Virus record (IMG/VR): IMGVR_UViG_3300020810_001160
Span: 1-64,000 of that record
Reading direction: 5' to 3' (one strand)
From: a virus
Length of the DNA stretch: 64,000 nt
Made by a program: the position numbers and the translations under genes. The notes beneath the pieces were generated by a model. The model did no database searches, was not told where the DNA came from, and saw only the letters and a program-made list of their open reading frames with translations. Positions 45,401-57,800 of this stretch are shown here, piece after piece. How positions within the stretch are numbered: position 1 is the first letter of the stretch; each line of letters starts with the position of its first letter.

Positions 45401-45867
45401 TAGCAAAAATTAAATCCATCAGTGATACAATAATATATCATCCTGTCAAATACAAAATATTATTTGGTACACAGGCAACCACTGATGTACAAGCAACATT
45501 CAAAATTGTAAAAAATTCTGATCAAGTTACGAACGATAGTGATATTAAAAGTAGGGTGATTCAAGCAATCAACGAATTTTTTGCTTTAGAAAATTGGGAT
45601 TTCGGTGATACATTTTATTTCACAGAATTAAGCACATACGTGATGAATGAACTAGCACCTGATATCACTACTTTTGTGGTTGTTCCGAAAGAAGGCACAA
45701 AAGCATTTGGCAGTCTTTTTGAAGTTAAATCAGAAAATGATGAAATTTTTATTAGTGGAGCCAAAGTATCTGATGTTGAAATTATTGATGCGGTGACTGC
45801 CTCTAAATTAAAAGCCGACGGTACTATTACCACAAGTTCAACCAGCACTAACACATTGAGCGAGTAG
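42457..45867 (+). CDS. gp6: Baseplate wedge subunit
   Basis: SYDFDTIR..MI.Y....PEDFND..ESS, ENFLETA.RRDSILRLA..ISY.P, FADGIFG..P, ET...IRLNAP..YYTQNRMITGEDY; TAAATA at 42430-42435. Confidence 0.88.
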   Translation: MSSTDRQNRLLLAEDWKRVYQSYKNAEFKSYDFDTIRRTMIQYIRQNYPEDFNDYIESSEYLALIDLVAFLGQNLAFRTDLNARENFLETADRRDSILRLARLISYNPTRNQCANGLMKIVGISTTEDIVDSNNLNLSNQTISWNDASNPNWYEQFVKVLNASLAENEKFGSPVKSSNIDAIPTSQYRVNANNTDVPVYSFTKSVNGQSLPFEIVSTSFDNGAIMEEAPLVGRRFSLLHRDDGKGNASNNTGFFVHFRQGVLDQGNFSVDVPSNNQSVSIEASNINNTDVWLYQLDVDTGLEDTLWTKVDSVTGNNVIYNSTAKSVKNIYTVLSDTDDSISLKFADGIFGNLPQGNFRTYYRRSKNQNVRIVPADMQNVQIDVQYVSANNQIEVLTLTMGLQYTVDNATTSETNNNIRLNAPATYYTQNRMITGEDYNVAPLGTNQEIIKVKAVNRTSSGISRYYDLIDSTGKYSNTNIFGADGSIYKEETENLDTFSFSTQTDIEGVIINQLEPLLSKNQTRNYYIEKFPKIFLNDLNPVWQQVTKSTNESTGKLIDAVNVLDYQVGTFTASQLKYVEPGAMIKFVAPAGQHFMADNSLMTGVADHPGAKDYIWTSVVSVLNDGVANSSTGEGAIKFNDVIPTGAIAIQILPKFAKQFTNDIKTIIIDQAFAYNNFGIRYDVASRSWQVIDENNLDVYGTFSTGKTGDTSNQQLDSSWLIKCITNGATYTITYRGLRYVFESKREVRFFYDSADRNFNAQTGVTLQDKVSVLSINTKPDVVASFTNDINFAVSTEYRTLSGYVDSSKLELTQFDSDQDGIVDNPDAFNLVVDPATNSSTKYVFQKLVSESDGTQRYQYVNATDEKIYIRQTSVGAIGDYTNGSIVYLIDSDSFKQINSTTNTTSNITNYVAHVGRDNIKFQYVHTVDGNTRLDPSSSNIIDMYVLTRTYDINFRLWLAGVTTTKPLLPSNDSLYTNYNTPLAKIKSISDTIIYHPVKYKILFGTQATTDVQATFKIVKNSDQVTNDSDIKSRVIQAINEFFALENWDFGDTFYFTELSTYVMNELAPDITTFVVVPKEGTKAFGSLFEVKSENDEIFISGAKVSDVEIIDAVTASKLKADGTITTSSTSTNTLSE

Positions 45868-45891
45868 ATAGAATAGAGGAAATGAATATTA

Positions 45892-48800
45892 ATGGCATAC
45901 GATAATGATCAAAAAGATTTCGAATTGCCCGCAGGCAAAGACAATGGTAAAAGAAAGTCTGCTGAATTCTTACCTAAATATTTTAGAACTCCAGTAAATC
46001 AAAAATTTTTACACAGCACACTTGATCAATTAATTTCTCAAGGAACTCTTGAAAAGTTAAATGCTTATTACGGAAGAAAAGTTACAAGTGCTTACACTTC
46101 AGGTGATTTATATGTGCCTGAAATAAGTGCTGATAGAGAAAACTATAAATTTGAACCATCTGTTGTTCAAAAAGATGATCTAGGAAATGTAAATTTTTAT
46201 TCAGATTATATCGATTTTGTAAATCAAATTGCCAACTATAATGGCGACACATCTAATCACAGTGTTTTGAATGCTCAAGAATATTATGCTTGGTCTCCTA
46301 AAATAGACTGGGACAAGTTTGTAAATTACAGAGAATATTTTTGGATGCCATATGGTGCATCTACAGTATCTATAAACGGACAACAACGAAATGTTGTCAG
46401 CACATACACAGTTACAAAAAGTGATCAAGGTGACAACTATGCTTACATTTTTACTCCAGATGGTTTAACGGCGAATCCTACATTAAAATTATACAAAGGA
46501 CAAACATACAAATTTGAAATTGATGCTGAAGGATTACCTTTGGTTTTTAGAACACAAAGAATATTAGACGAAAGTTATAATTTCAATGATGGTATAGATG
46601 TTCAAGCAGTTGAAAAAGGCATAATAACTTTTCAGGTAAAAGATTCAACACCTGAAAAATTATATTATGGTTCATCAAATGATATCAATGCTTGGGGATT
46701 AATCCAAGTGTTTGACATTGAAGAGAATTCAGCCATCGATGTTACCAATGAAGTATTAGGTAAGAAAAATTATACCACTGCTGACGGAGTTGCTCTTTCT
46801 AATGGAATGAAAGTTAATTTCAAAGGCACAGTTACTCCAGCACAATATGCCGAAGGAGATTACTATGTAGAGGGTGTAGGCGAAGCAATTCAACTTATTA
46901 ATTCTCAGAATTTAGAAGTGGTCAGTAGTTTTACAAACAGTGTGCCCATTCCATTTGATTCCCAAAATTTTGATACAGTGGGTTTTGGAACAGCAACATC
47001 ATATGCTGTCAATAAAGACTATGTGGTCATTAATAGATCATCACCAGAAGGAAGTCCATGGACAAGACACAATAGATGGATACATCGTTCAGTTATTGAA
47101 GCCAGTGCCAGTGCAAATGGTCAAGTTGCAGACATAGATCAAACTTCAAGAGCACGTAGACCTATTATAGAATTTGAAGCAGGTATTAAACTATACAACT
47201 TTGGAACATCGAGCAAAGGCAATGTAGATTTAATAGACACAGTGACTAAAGATGTAATGAGCGACATAGAAGGATCTGAAGGATTCTACGTTGATGGTAT
47301 TGCTGTTACAAATGGTTTAAAAATATTGTTTACAGCAGATACAGATCCGTTGGTGAAAGATAAAATTTATCAAGTAAAATTTATAGACCTTGAACTAAAT
47401 GGAATAAAAACCAACCAAGTAAGTTTAGTAGAAGTTGCAAATGCTTCACCGAAAGAAGGTGAAACAGTTTTAGTTACTAATGGTGTAAAAAACCAAGGCA
47501 AATGGTATCATTATAACAATGGTTGGAAAACATCACAAGCGAAAACAAAAACTAATCAAGCACCATTGTTTGATCTTTTTGATAGCAATGGCAACAGTTA
47601 CACAGATGATATATTATACCCAAACAGTTCGTTTCGGGGAAATAAAATATTTTCATATGCAGTCGGAACAGGCACTAACGATACTGAATTAGGATTTCCA
47701 TTAACTTATCAAAACGTTGAAAATGTTGGCGATATTGTTTTCAACTTTGATTTATTAAATCAATCATATGTGTATGAATCACAAACATTAAGTGGAACAC
47801 TTGCTTCAGAAACAGCATTTTTAAAAAAATACAATGCTCAAGGACAATTTGCCACAGTGAATGGTTGGTCTAAGGCACCAACAAAAAGTTTTCAAAAAGT
47901 AAACAGACAATATGTAGCCAGCACTAATCAATTGAACGATTTTGCTGTAGACGTGTATGACAAAAGTGGTGATTTAAATGATTTAGGAGTAAAAGTTTTT
48001 GTTAACAACAAAAAGAAAACACAAAACGTTGATTGGTATATTTTAAGAGTAGATTCAGTTGCTTATGTAAAATTTTACACAAATCTAAAAGCCAATGATG
48101 TTGTTTTAATTAGAACAACCAGTGCCACTGACAAAAATGCTAATGGACATTATGAATTTCCAACAAATTTACAGTCTAATCCATTAAATGACAAAGTAGT
48201 TACATTCACAGTTGGACAAGTGACTGATCACGTAAAATCAATCACTAATGAGTTGACAGATATACAAGGTGTCACACCAGGAGTAAGCAATTTAAGAGAT
48301 TTTCCAAATGCTACATTGTATGGAAGAAAATTTTTACAACACAGTGGACCAATGGTGTTGTCTTCATATTTGTTGAATAACAAAGAAGTCAATTTAATTT
48401 CGGCAATATCACAAAGTCAAACAGACTACTACAAATTTAAAAGATCATTTGTGAGTGCTATGGACGATTTGGGATTTGACGGTACATCAGTACAAATAGT
48501 TGATAAAATTTTAGAAAAACTTAATAAAGACTCCAACGATAATCTTCCTTATTTTCAAACAGATATGTTTGGAGTAGGTGCATATATTAGCACAACACAC
48601 GAAGTATTAGATGTAGACAGTAAATTTTTTGCTTTAAAAAACAGTCATAATCTTTCTACTCTATCAAATAAAGCAGTGTATGTGTATCTGAACGGTGATC
48701 AATTACTTCACGCACATGACTATATTTTTACTGATGGTTTTGTTCAAGTAACTAAAACTTTAACTTTAGATGACACTATTGTTATTAATGAATTTGAAAC

Positions 48801-51800
48801 AACTAACGGAACATATGTACCACCTACACCGACTAAATTAGGATTATATCCAAAATATGTTCCTAAAAAATATTCAGACACAACCGCTTTAGAGCCAGTT
48901 AATGTTATTCAAGGACATGACGGTAGTATCGTTGTTGCATACAATGATTTTAGAGATGATGTTATTTTAGAACTAGAAAAAAGAATTTACAATAATATAA
49001 AAGTTGTTTTTGATGAAAATTTATTTGAAATAAAAACTTTTATACCTAGAGCAAATTCAATCAACGAATTTACTGAAGCATCTATCAATAAAACATTATT
49101 GGGCGATTTTAATGATTGGTTAACATTTATTGGAAACGAAGATTACACAGCCAACACTTACCAGTCTGATGAAAACAGTTTAACTTGGAATTATTCTAAC
49201 ATGGTGTCACCGCAAGGGACTAAATTATCAGGATACTGGAGAGGTGTGTACAAATATGCTTATGACACAGACAGACCAAATATTACTCCTTGGGAAATGT
49301 TGGGGTACACAGAAGAACCATCTTGGTGGTCAACAGTGTACGGACCAGCACCATACACCGGAGACAATCTTGTGTTATGGCAGGATTTAGAAAAAGGAAT
49401 TGTAAGAGAACCTAATAAAAAAATTATAATCAAAGACAAATATAAAAGACCAGGATTGACATCGCATATTCCAGTGGACAGTAATGGAAATATAAAAAGT
49501 CCATTTGATAGTGCTTATGCCAGAGGTGCTGTATTACAATTAACTAAAGGAAACTTTAAATTTGGCGATCACGCTCCAATTGAAAATGCTTGGAGAAGAA
49601 GTGCTCATTATCCATTTGCTCTATTAAAAAGTTATATTTTACATAGACCTAATCAAGCAGTTGGTATTGGATTAGACATCAGTAGAACAAAAAGAAATGC
49701 AAGTGGTCAAATTGTTTATAATTCTTTAACAGCAATTAGACCTAAAGACATTGTATTTCCAAGCAGTATTGCAGATAAAACAATAAACTTAACAGCAGGA
49801 TTAATAAACTATATTTTTGAAGTGGTAGAAAACTCACTAACCACCAACTATGCTTCTTACAAAAAACAACTTACTGAATTAACAGTACAGATTGGATTTA
49901 AAATTAGAGGTTATAGCAACAAAAATAATTTCAAATTATTAATTGATAGTAAGACTCCGCTAAACAGTACGTCGTTGTTTGTACCAGATGAAAATTATCA
50001 ATTAATTTACAACGTTTCGGCACCTATCGAAATTTTAACTTATAGTGGACTGATCATAGAAAAATTAGCCAGCGGTTACAGTATAAAAGGTTATGATAGA
50101 GATGACCCTTATGTAAGATATCACGCAGTGTATGAACAAACCAGTGATCCTGCAATTACAGTGGGAGGCATAAGTGCATCATTTGTAAATTGGAGCGAAA
50201 ATAAACGTTACGATAGAGGTGCTTATGTAAAATATTCTGATGAGTTTTATGCTGTAGACGAAACACACGTTTCAGGATCAACATTTGATCTTTCTAAATT
50301 TTTAAAATTAATTGATCTGCCAACAGAAGGTGGCAGAACTGCAATCCTTAGAAAAAAATTCTTAACTGATGCTGTGGTAGAAATTCCATACGGTACTGTG
50401 TTTGATACAATTCAATCAGTTGTTGATGTAATTCTTGGATATGAATCATATCTAAAATCAAAAGGATTTAAATTTGATCAGTTTGATAGTCAGACGGAAT
50501 TAGTATCCAACTGGCAATTAAGTATGAAAGAATTTTTATTCTGGACTACACAAAATTGGGATGAAGGTGCAGTAATCAGTTTAAGTCCAGCCAGTAAAAA
50601 ACTTGTATTAGAATCGAAATACTCTACAACTGACAATGTTGTGGATAATTTCTATTCATATGGTGTATTAAAAGAAGATGGAAAAAATTTAGACAAAGAA
50701 AATTTAAGAATTACTAGAGAATCAAACACATTTGAATTGTTTACAAAAAACACTGTTAATGGAATTTACTTTGCTAAAATTCCTTTAGTACAAAAAGAAC
50801 ACGTGTGTTTAGTGGATAACTCAACGGACTTTAATGATTTAATCTACGATCCAGCAAGTGGTTACAAGCAAGATAGAATTAAAATGCTTGGTTACATCAC
50901 AGAGTGGGACGGCAGTTTAAATATTCCAGGATTTATCTATGACGAAGCCAAAGTAGTTGAATGGCAACCATACACAGATTATGCTATGAGCGATGTGGTT
51001 AAACACAAAGAATTTTATTACACAGCCAATACAAAACTTAAAGGCACACAAGAATTTAATGACAATGACTGGCGAAGATTGGATGATAAACCACGAAGTA
51101 GTTTATTGTCAAATTTTGATTACAAAACTAATCAGTTTGCTGATTTTTATGATCTTGACACAGACAACTTTGATAGTCAACAACAAAAACTAGCACAACA
51201 TTTAATTGGGTATCAACCAAGAGAATATTTACGTAATATCATTAACGATGATGTGAGTCAATACAAATTTTATCAAGGTTTTATTAGAGAAAAAGGAACA
51301 TCAAATGCTCTTAATAAATTATTTGATGCTTTAGCAAGTGCTGATAAAGAGAGTTTAGATTTCTATGAAGAATGGGCAATACGAAAAGGGCAATATGGTG
51401 CTGTAGATACATTTGACGAAATAGAATACAATCTTGATGAATCTAAGTTTAGATTGAACCCACAACCTATTTTGTTAACAGATGACTCGGCAAACACAGC
51501 ATCTGATTTGGTTTATAGAATACAGTCTGGACAAACATATCTAGCACCCAAGGATTATACACACACGCCTTTTGCCATTAAGTATGACAAGAATACTTAC
51601 ATTAAGACAGCAGGACCAGTTAATCCAATAGATATTTCTCTCACATTATCTCAGTATGAAGATATATTAACAAATTCTAATGTTAAAAATTTACTTGAAG
51701 GACAATATGTTTGGATTGGAAATTACAATAAAAGTTGGACTGTTTTAAAATATACCAAAACAGAACAGCAAACAGTTTCAGTAGTAAAAACTGGATCAAC

Positions 51801-54800
51801 AATCACAGTTAACACATTGAACACTGCTGTTATGAATGTAGGCGAAATTTTTGTAGTAAGTATTGACGGTGAAGATTATGTATTAAAATGTACAACAGCA
51901 AATTCAACAACAATTCAATGTGAAGATAAAGAAGGATTTGTTTCAATAGATCCAGGAGTTGGTTACATTACACGATTTATAGAATATAGATTAGGTTCTA
52001 TTGATGACATCAACACAGTAATAAACAATCAAGGATTAACAGATAATGAAAAATTCTGGATTGATGAAAGTAATGATGGCAAATGGAAAATAGTGAACAA
52101 TAAATTTGTTTATAAAACACACAATGAAATAAGTTCAACAAGTACATCAGGCGATGAAAGTTTTGGCACAGTTATAGCCGCTAATAAACAAAATTCTATA
52201 GTATTAGTAAGTCAACCATCAGATGGTGATGGAAAAATTTATGTTTTTTCTAGAGGATCGGAAAGCGGTTCATTAAAATTATTACAGACTATTGAAGCAC
52301 CAACATCAGATTTATTACTAAATTCAGACTTGTTTAGTTCAAACAGTAGTTTTGGAAAAGCAGTGGATATTTCACCAGATGGAAATTTTGTAATTATTGG
52401 TGCTCCTAATGCCGGAGATTTGAAAACGGAATACAAAGGAGTATACAATCCTGCTTCAAATTACAATGTAGGTAATATTGTTCAATACAAACAACAACTT
52501 TGGAGAGCAACTAATCAAATAGAAGGTGCAGTGGCATCTGATTTATTTTCAACTTTTGACGCTTCAGCATTTTACAAAGAAAATATTGGTTTCTCAACAA
52601 CCTCGCTGTTAATAGGTGACAGTGTATTTTCAAACGAAACCACAGATCACTTACTAATTAGAGGATCAGCAGATCAGTATTCAGCAACAAAAATTGGTGA
52701 CAAATTAATATTAAAATATCTTGATTTCAGTACAGAATATCCTATTGATAGAAACAATTACAACAAATCTGCTAATCAACCATTCAATGGAATAGGTGCT
52801 CCTACTATTAAAAACAATGTGTTTAGTGGTGCTGAAATTTCAATTCAAGCAAAAGTAGATGAAATACTTCAAGTATCATTGACACTCAGAGATGCTCCAG
52901 TGTCCAGTGTTGTAAGTACAAGCACAGCACAAGGTACTGTTGTGTACTCGAGAAAAATAGCAGGAAAGACTTTATTGTATTTGAAAGATGTTAGAGGTGT
53001 ATTTTCTGCCAGTGGTAGTTTGTTATTGGATACTTTACCGATAGGAGATTACACTAGAGTAAACACAGAAGATTATGATCATCTTGGTGGATGGTGGAAA
53101 GTTGGCATAGGTGCTAGTGTATCCACTGGTGCAGGTGCTGATATATCAACGAACGTTGTAATTCAAGATATTAAATTATTAAATGAAACTAGAGATAGCA
53201 ATTTGTTTTTCAGTTCTTTTGAACAACCAATTGTTCCTATAACACCACAAACTCCTTTAGTAAAAGCACAGTTTGGGTTAGGAACATACTATCAAAGATA
53301 TTACATTAATCCAGCAAATAATTCTTGGCAAAGTAATTCAACTCCACAAGGAATATTAAGTAACAAATGGTTTGTTAGAACAGGATATGATATTGCTCAT
53401 GATGGTGGACTAAATTCTAGTAATTCAGCCAACAATGTAAGTGTTTGGTTCAATAACGTGGATCAAAATGCATTTGATTTTTCTGGGTTAAACATTGACA
53501 GCGATGACACTAACGGTATAAAAGAAGTTGTAGACATTTGGGAAGGTTATATTGATATAGATTCCCAACCAGACAATAATGCAAATTATTATTATCCGGA
53601 AGCAGGTGTACACACTATATATGATCCTATAAAATTTGTTCAAGCAGATGTTACATTTGTACAGTTTATTGCTTTAGAAAAAATAAGAGTTTATTTTAGA
53701 AATGCTAGAAACACAGTGGATCCAAATGGTTCAACGTTGTTCAGTCTAGGATCGAATGCAGGACAATCTGCAACCATTCAAAGACTGGGAGGCGGAGTTG
53801 ATAGATTAATAGGATCTATTGAACAAGCAGTTCAATCAGGACCCAATGATGGAGATATTTTAGTATTTGAACACACAACACCAATCACAGCATCAGGTGA
53901 TCCTGCCGCATACACTGTGAATGATATAGAGTACTGGATATGGGACGAGTTTGAAAATGTTGCAGGTATTCAGCAACTTGCAAATATTCCTAGCAGTCAA
54001 AATAGAGATTGGTTACAGGTACACAATATTCCTATTGGTGAAGGAACAGCCAGCGGATTAACAAACCAAGGTGCATTTTTAGTTTATAAAAAGAACACAG
54101 CAGGACAATATGCATACAATTCAGCATTCACAGTACCGGACACACAATCTGGATTACGTTTAGGTTCAAAAATTCAAATACGCGATGTTGGGGACACAAC
54201 AGTTGCATTTATCAGTGCTGAAGGAAATGGTTCAAACGCTTTACCAGGTAAAGTTTATTTTATCAAATACAGTTCTACTAAAAATTGGTGGTTAGGTGTA
54301 GATGAAAACTACATGGGGCAGTTTGATCAAGATGCTGATTATTTAAAAGACGAATTAGTAATTTATAATAATCAACTGTACAAGGCAAAAACAAATATTA
54401 GTTCAGGTGCATGGACCAGCGACGTTTGGGAGTTACAAGATAGTCATGCAGATTATTTAGGTTATGTGCCTAACGATAGCGGAATAGAATTACAAGGAGA
54501 TTCAACATTAGATCAAAGTAAATTAATAAAATTTGCAAACACATTTGATGTTGATACAAATGGAGTTAATTTAGTTGTAACAAATCAATACAATGACTCG
54601 AAACAAGATGTTATTGTTTACAGATTAGATAACAATCATTACACATACAAACAAACTATTTTACCACCGCAAGACTCTACTCCTGTAATTGATTTTGGTG
54701 CAGATATCAGTATATCAGAAGACGGCGAATTAATTGCTGTAGGATCTCCATTGAAAGATTTAACAAATATTGATATGGGTGTGGTTTATGTTTACAAAAA

Positions 54801-57800
54801 AGCCAGCAACGATACAGGTCTATACAATCTAAATCAAACACTAGTCAGCCCAGACAAAGAAACATCAGAACAATTTGGAAATACACTGTCATTCAGTGGC
54901 AATGTACTTGCTGTTTGTTCGTTAAAAGGTGATCAACAGGTAGATGATGGATCTACAGTTTTAGATGAAAGATATGATGTTGGTTCTGTACATTTATTTG
55001 AAAAATTTGAAAGCACTTTACTATATGCTGAAAAATTCAGTTATGACAATTCTTTTACTCAATTTGGTACAAATTTATTAGTCAATAAAAACCATGTATA
55101 CATAGGTTTACCTAAATTACAAATAAATGGAAAACAAATGGGTACTGTGGTTGATTTTAGAAAATCTCCATTAGAGAATAATTGGAACAGTGTGCATGAA
55201 AGCAGTGACGGAATAGATCAACCAGATTTATCAAAAATACAAGGAATTTTCTTATACAACAAACGAACAAATACACTGTTAACAAGATTAGATTATGTTG
55301 ATCCTGTATTTGGTAAAATACCTGGACCAGCAGAATCAGAAATTTATTACAAAACTAATTATGATCCAGCAGTATACAATTCAAATTCAGCAGTTGGAAA
55401 TATTGATACAACAAATCATTGGAACAGCAATCAAATAGGAAGACTGTGGTGGAACATCAGCACAGCACAATATTATTATCCTTATCAAAGTAATATAATC
55501 TTTAATAATTCATACTGGAACAAACTTTTTGTAGGTGCTAGTATTGATGTGCATGAATGGGTTGAATCGGTCTACACACCATCTCAATACAACATTATCA
55601 GTCAGTCAGAAGAAGGTGAAGCATTAGGTATTACAGGAACAGTTGTTAATCCAACTGATTATGTAACCACAAAAGTTTATGATGATGTTGCTAAAGTTTT
55701 ATCAAACAAATATTATTTCTGGGTTAAAGGCAAAACCACTGTGCCTGAAATGGAATCACGAACATTAAGTGCCAACGCTGTTGAAAATTTAATAAAAGAT
55801 CCAAAAGGTCAAGGATACAAATATGTAACTATTTTTGGCAAAAACAAATTTGCTATTGTTAACTGTGATGAATTTATACAGGACAAAGATACAGTTATCA
55901 GTTTTAGAATCAAAAGAATTGATAGTAAAAATAATGTTCATAAAGAATATGCTTTATTAACTGAAGGTTTAGGAACAAGTACACTACCTAAAGAAATTGA
56001 AACAGTTTGGTTTAACAGTCTAATAGGATATGATGCTCAATACAATCCAGTGCCTGATCCAACATTGAGTGAAAAATTAAGATACGGAACACTGCAATAT
56101 CCAAGACAGAGTTGGTTTATAAACAAACAAGAAGCACTAAAACAAACAGTGGAAAGAATTAATTCTGTTTTACTACAAAATCTAATTGTAGATGAGGTTG
56201 ATCTTTCATCGCTTACACAATCAGATCCTGCACCAAAAATAAACACAGGATTATTTGATGTTGCAATTGACACAGAAAAAGATTTAGATTTTGTAGGTGT
56301 TGGATCAGTAAAAACTGCTTCAATTAATATTACAGTTGAAAACGGAAAAATAATTAATGTAACAATCGCAGATCCTGGCAAAGGATACAAATCTATTCCA
56401 ACGTACAAAATAAAAAGTATCACAGGAGAAGGTGCTGTAATTGGTTTGACTATAGATATAAATGGTTCAATCAACAGTGCTAGAATATTGTCGCAAGGTA
56501 AAAATTATGCAGATACTACAACAGTTGAAATTAGAAATTACAGTGCTCTTGTACAAGCAGACAGCACAGTTGATGGCAAATGGGCAATTTATAGTTACAG
56601 TGCAACTGATGGTTGGCAAAAATCAAAAATACAAGCCTACAATGTAAATTTATATTGGAACTATGCTGATTGGTATGCAACAGGATACAATCAATTCACA
56701 GCAATAGACCATGTGATATCTCAAAGTTATGAAATAACCGCAATAGATGATACAATAGGACAAATAGTTAAGATTCAAAACATTGGAGCAGGTGGTTGGT
56801 TACTACTGAAAAAAATCGGTAATCAAGCAGATGTCGATTACACAGTTAATTATGAAACTGTTGGAAGACAAAACGGAACAATTCAGTTCACAGATAAACT
56901 TTATGTTTACAGTGGAAATGTTGGATTTGATTCTAATAGTTTCGATATTCAATTGTACGATAGACAACCGATTCAAGAAACTAGAACAATATTAGAAACT
57001 GTAAGAGACAAAATATTTGTTGAAGAACTGGCAGTTGAATACAATAAATTATATTTTGCTGGCATTCATTACGCACTATCAGAAAACAAATTAAATGATT
57101 TTGTTTTTAAAACAAGTTTTGTAAAAGCACAACACAATGTGGGCGAACTGGAACAGAAAATAACATTTAAAAATGATAATCTATCTAACTATGAAGATTA
57201 TGTTCAAGAAGTAAAACCTTATAAAACTAAAATTAGAGAATATGTAAGTTCATATCAAAAAACAGAACCTACCAATTCTGTAATCACAGACTTTGATTAT
57301 CCACCTAAATATGTAAATGGTATAATCACACCGTCAAAAGTTACAGTTGTAAATGACACATTGGTTGGTGCTGAGAATGTTAAGACTTATCCAGATAAAA
57401 ACTGGAAAGACAATGTTGGTTTTAAAATTACAGCAATTAATATAGCCAATCCTGGTACATTATATACTAACCCACCTACTGTTAATATTACAGGTGGCGG
57501 TGGAACAGGTGCAACTGCTAGAGCATACATCAAAAATGGTTCAGTGAACAGAATAGTTGTGATCAACACAGGATCTGGTTATATATCGGCTCCTACAATT
57601 ACATTGAGTGGATCAACAACAGGCGTTACAGCCAAGGCAAGTGCTGTATTGGGTGAAAGTTTACCTCGTACTACTCACATTGGAATTAAGTTTGATAGAA
57701 ACACTGGAACAACATTAATTAGTAATTTACAAAGAACAGAAACATTTGTTGGCAATAACAGTCAGTTAAAGTTCAAATTAAAATGGCCGATGGACTTGCG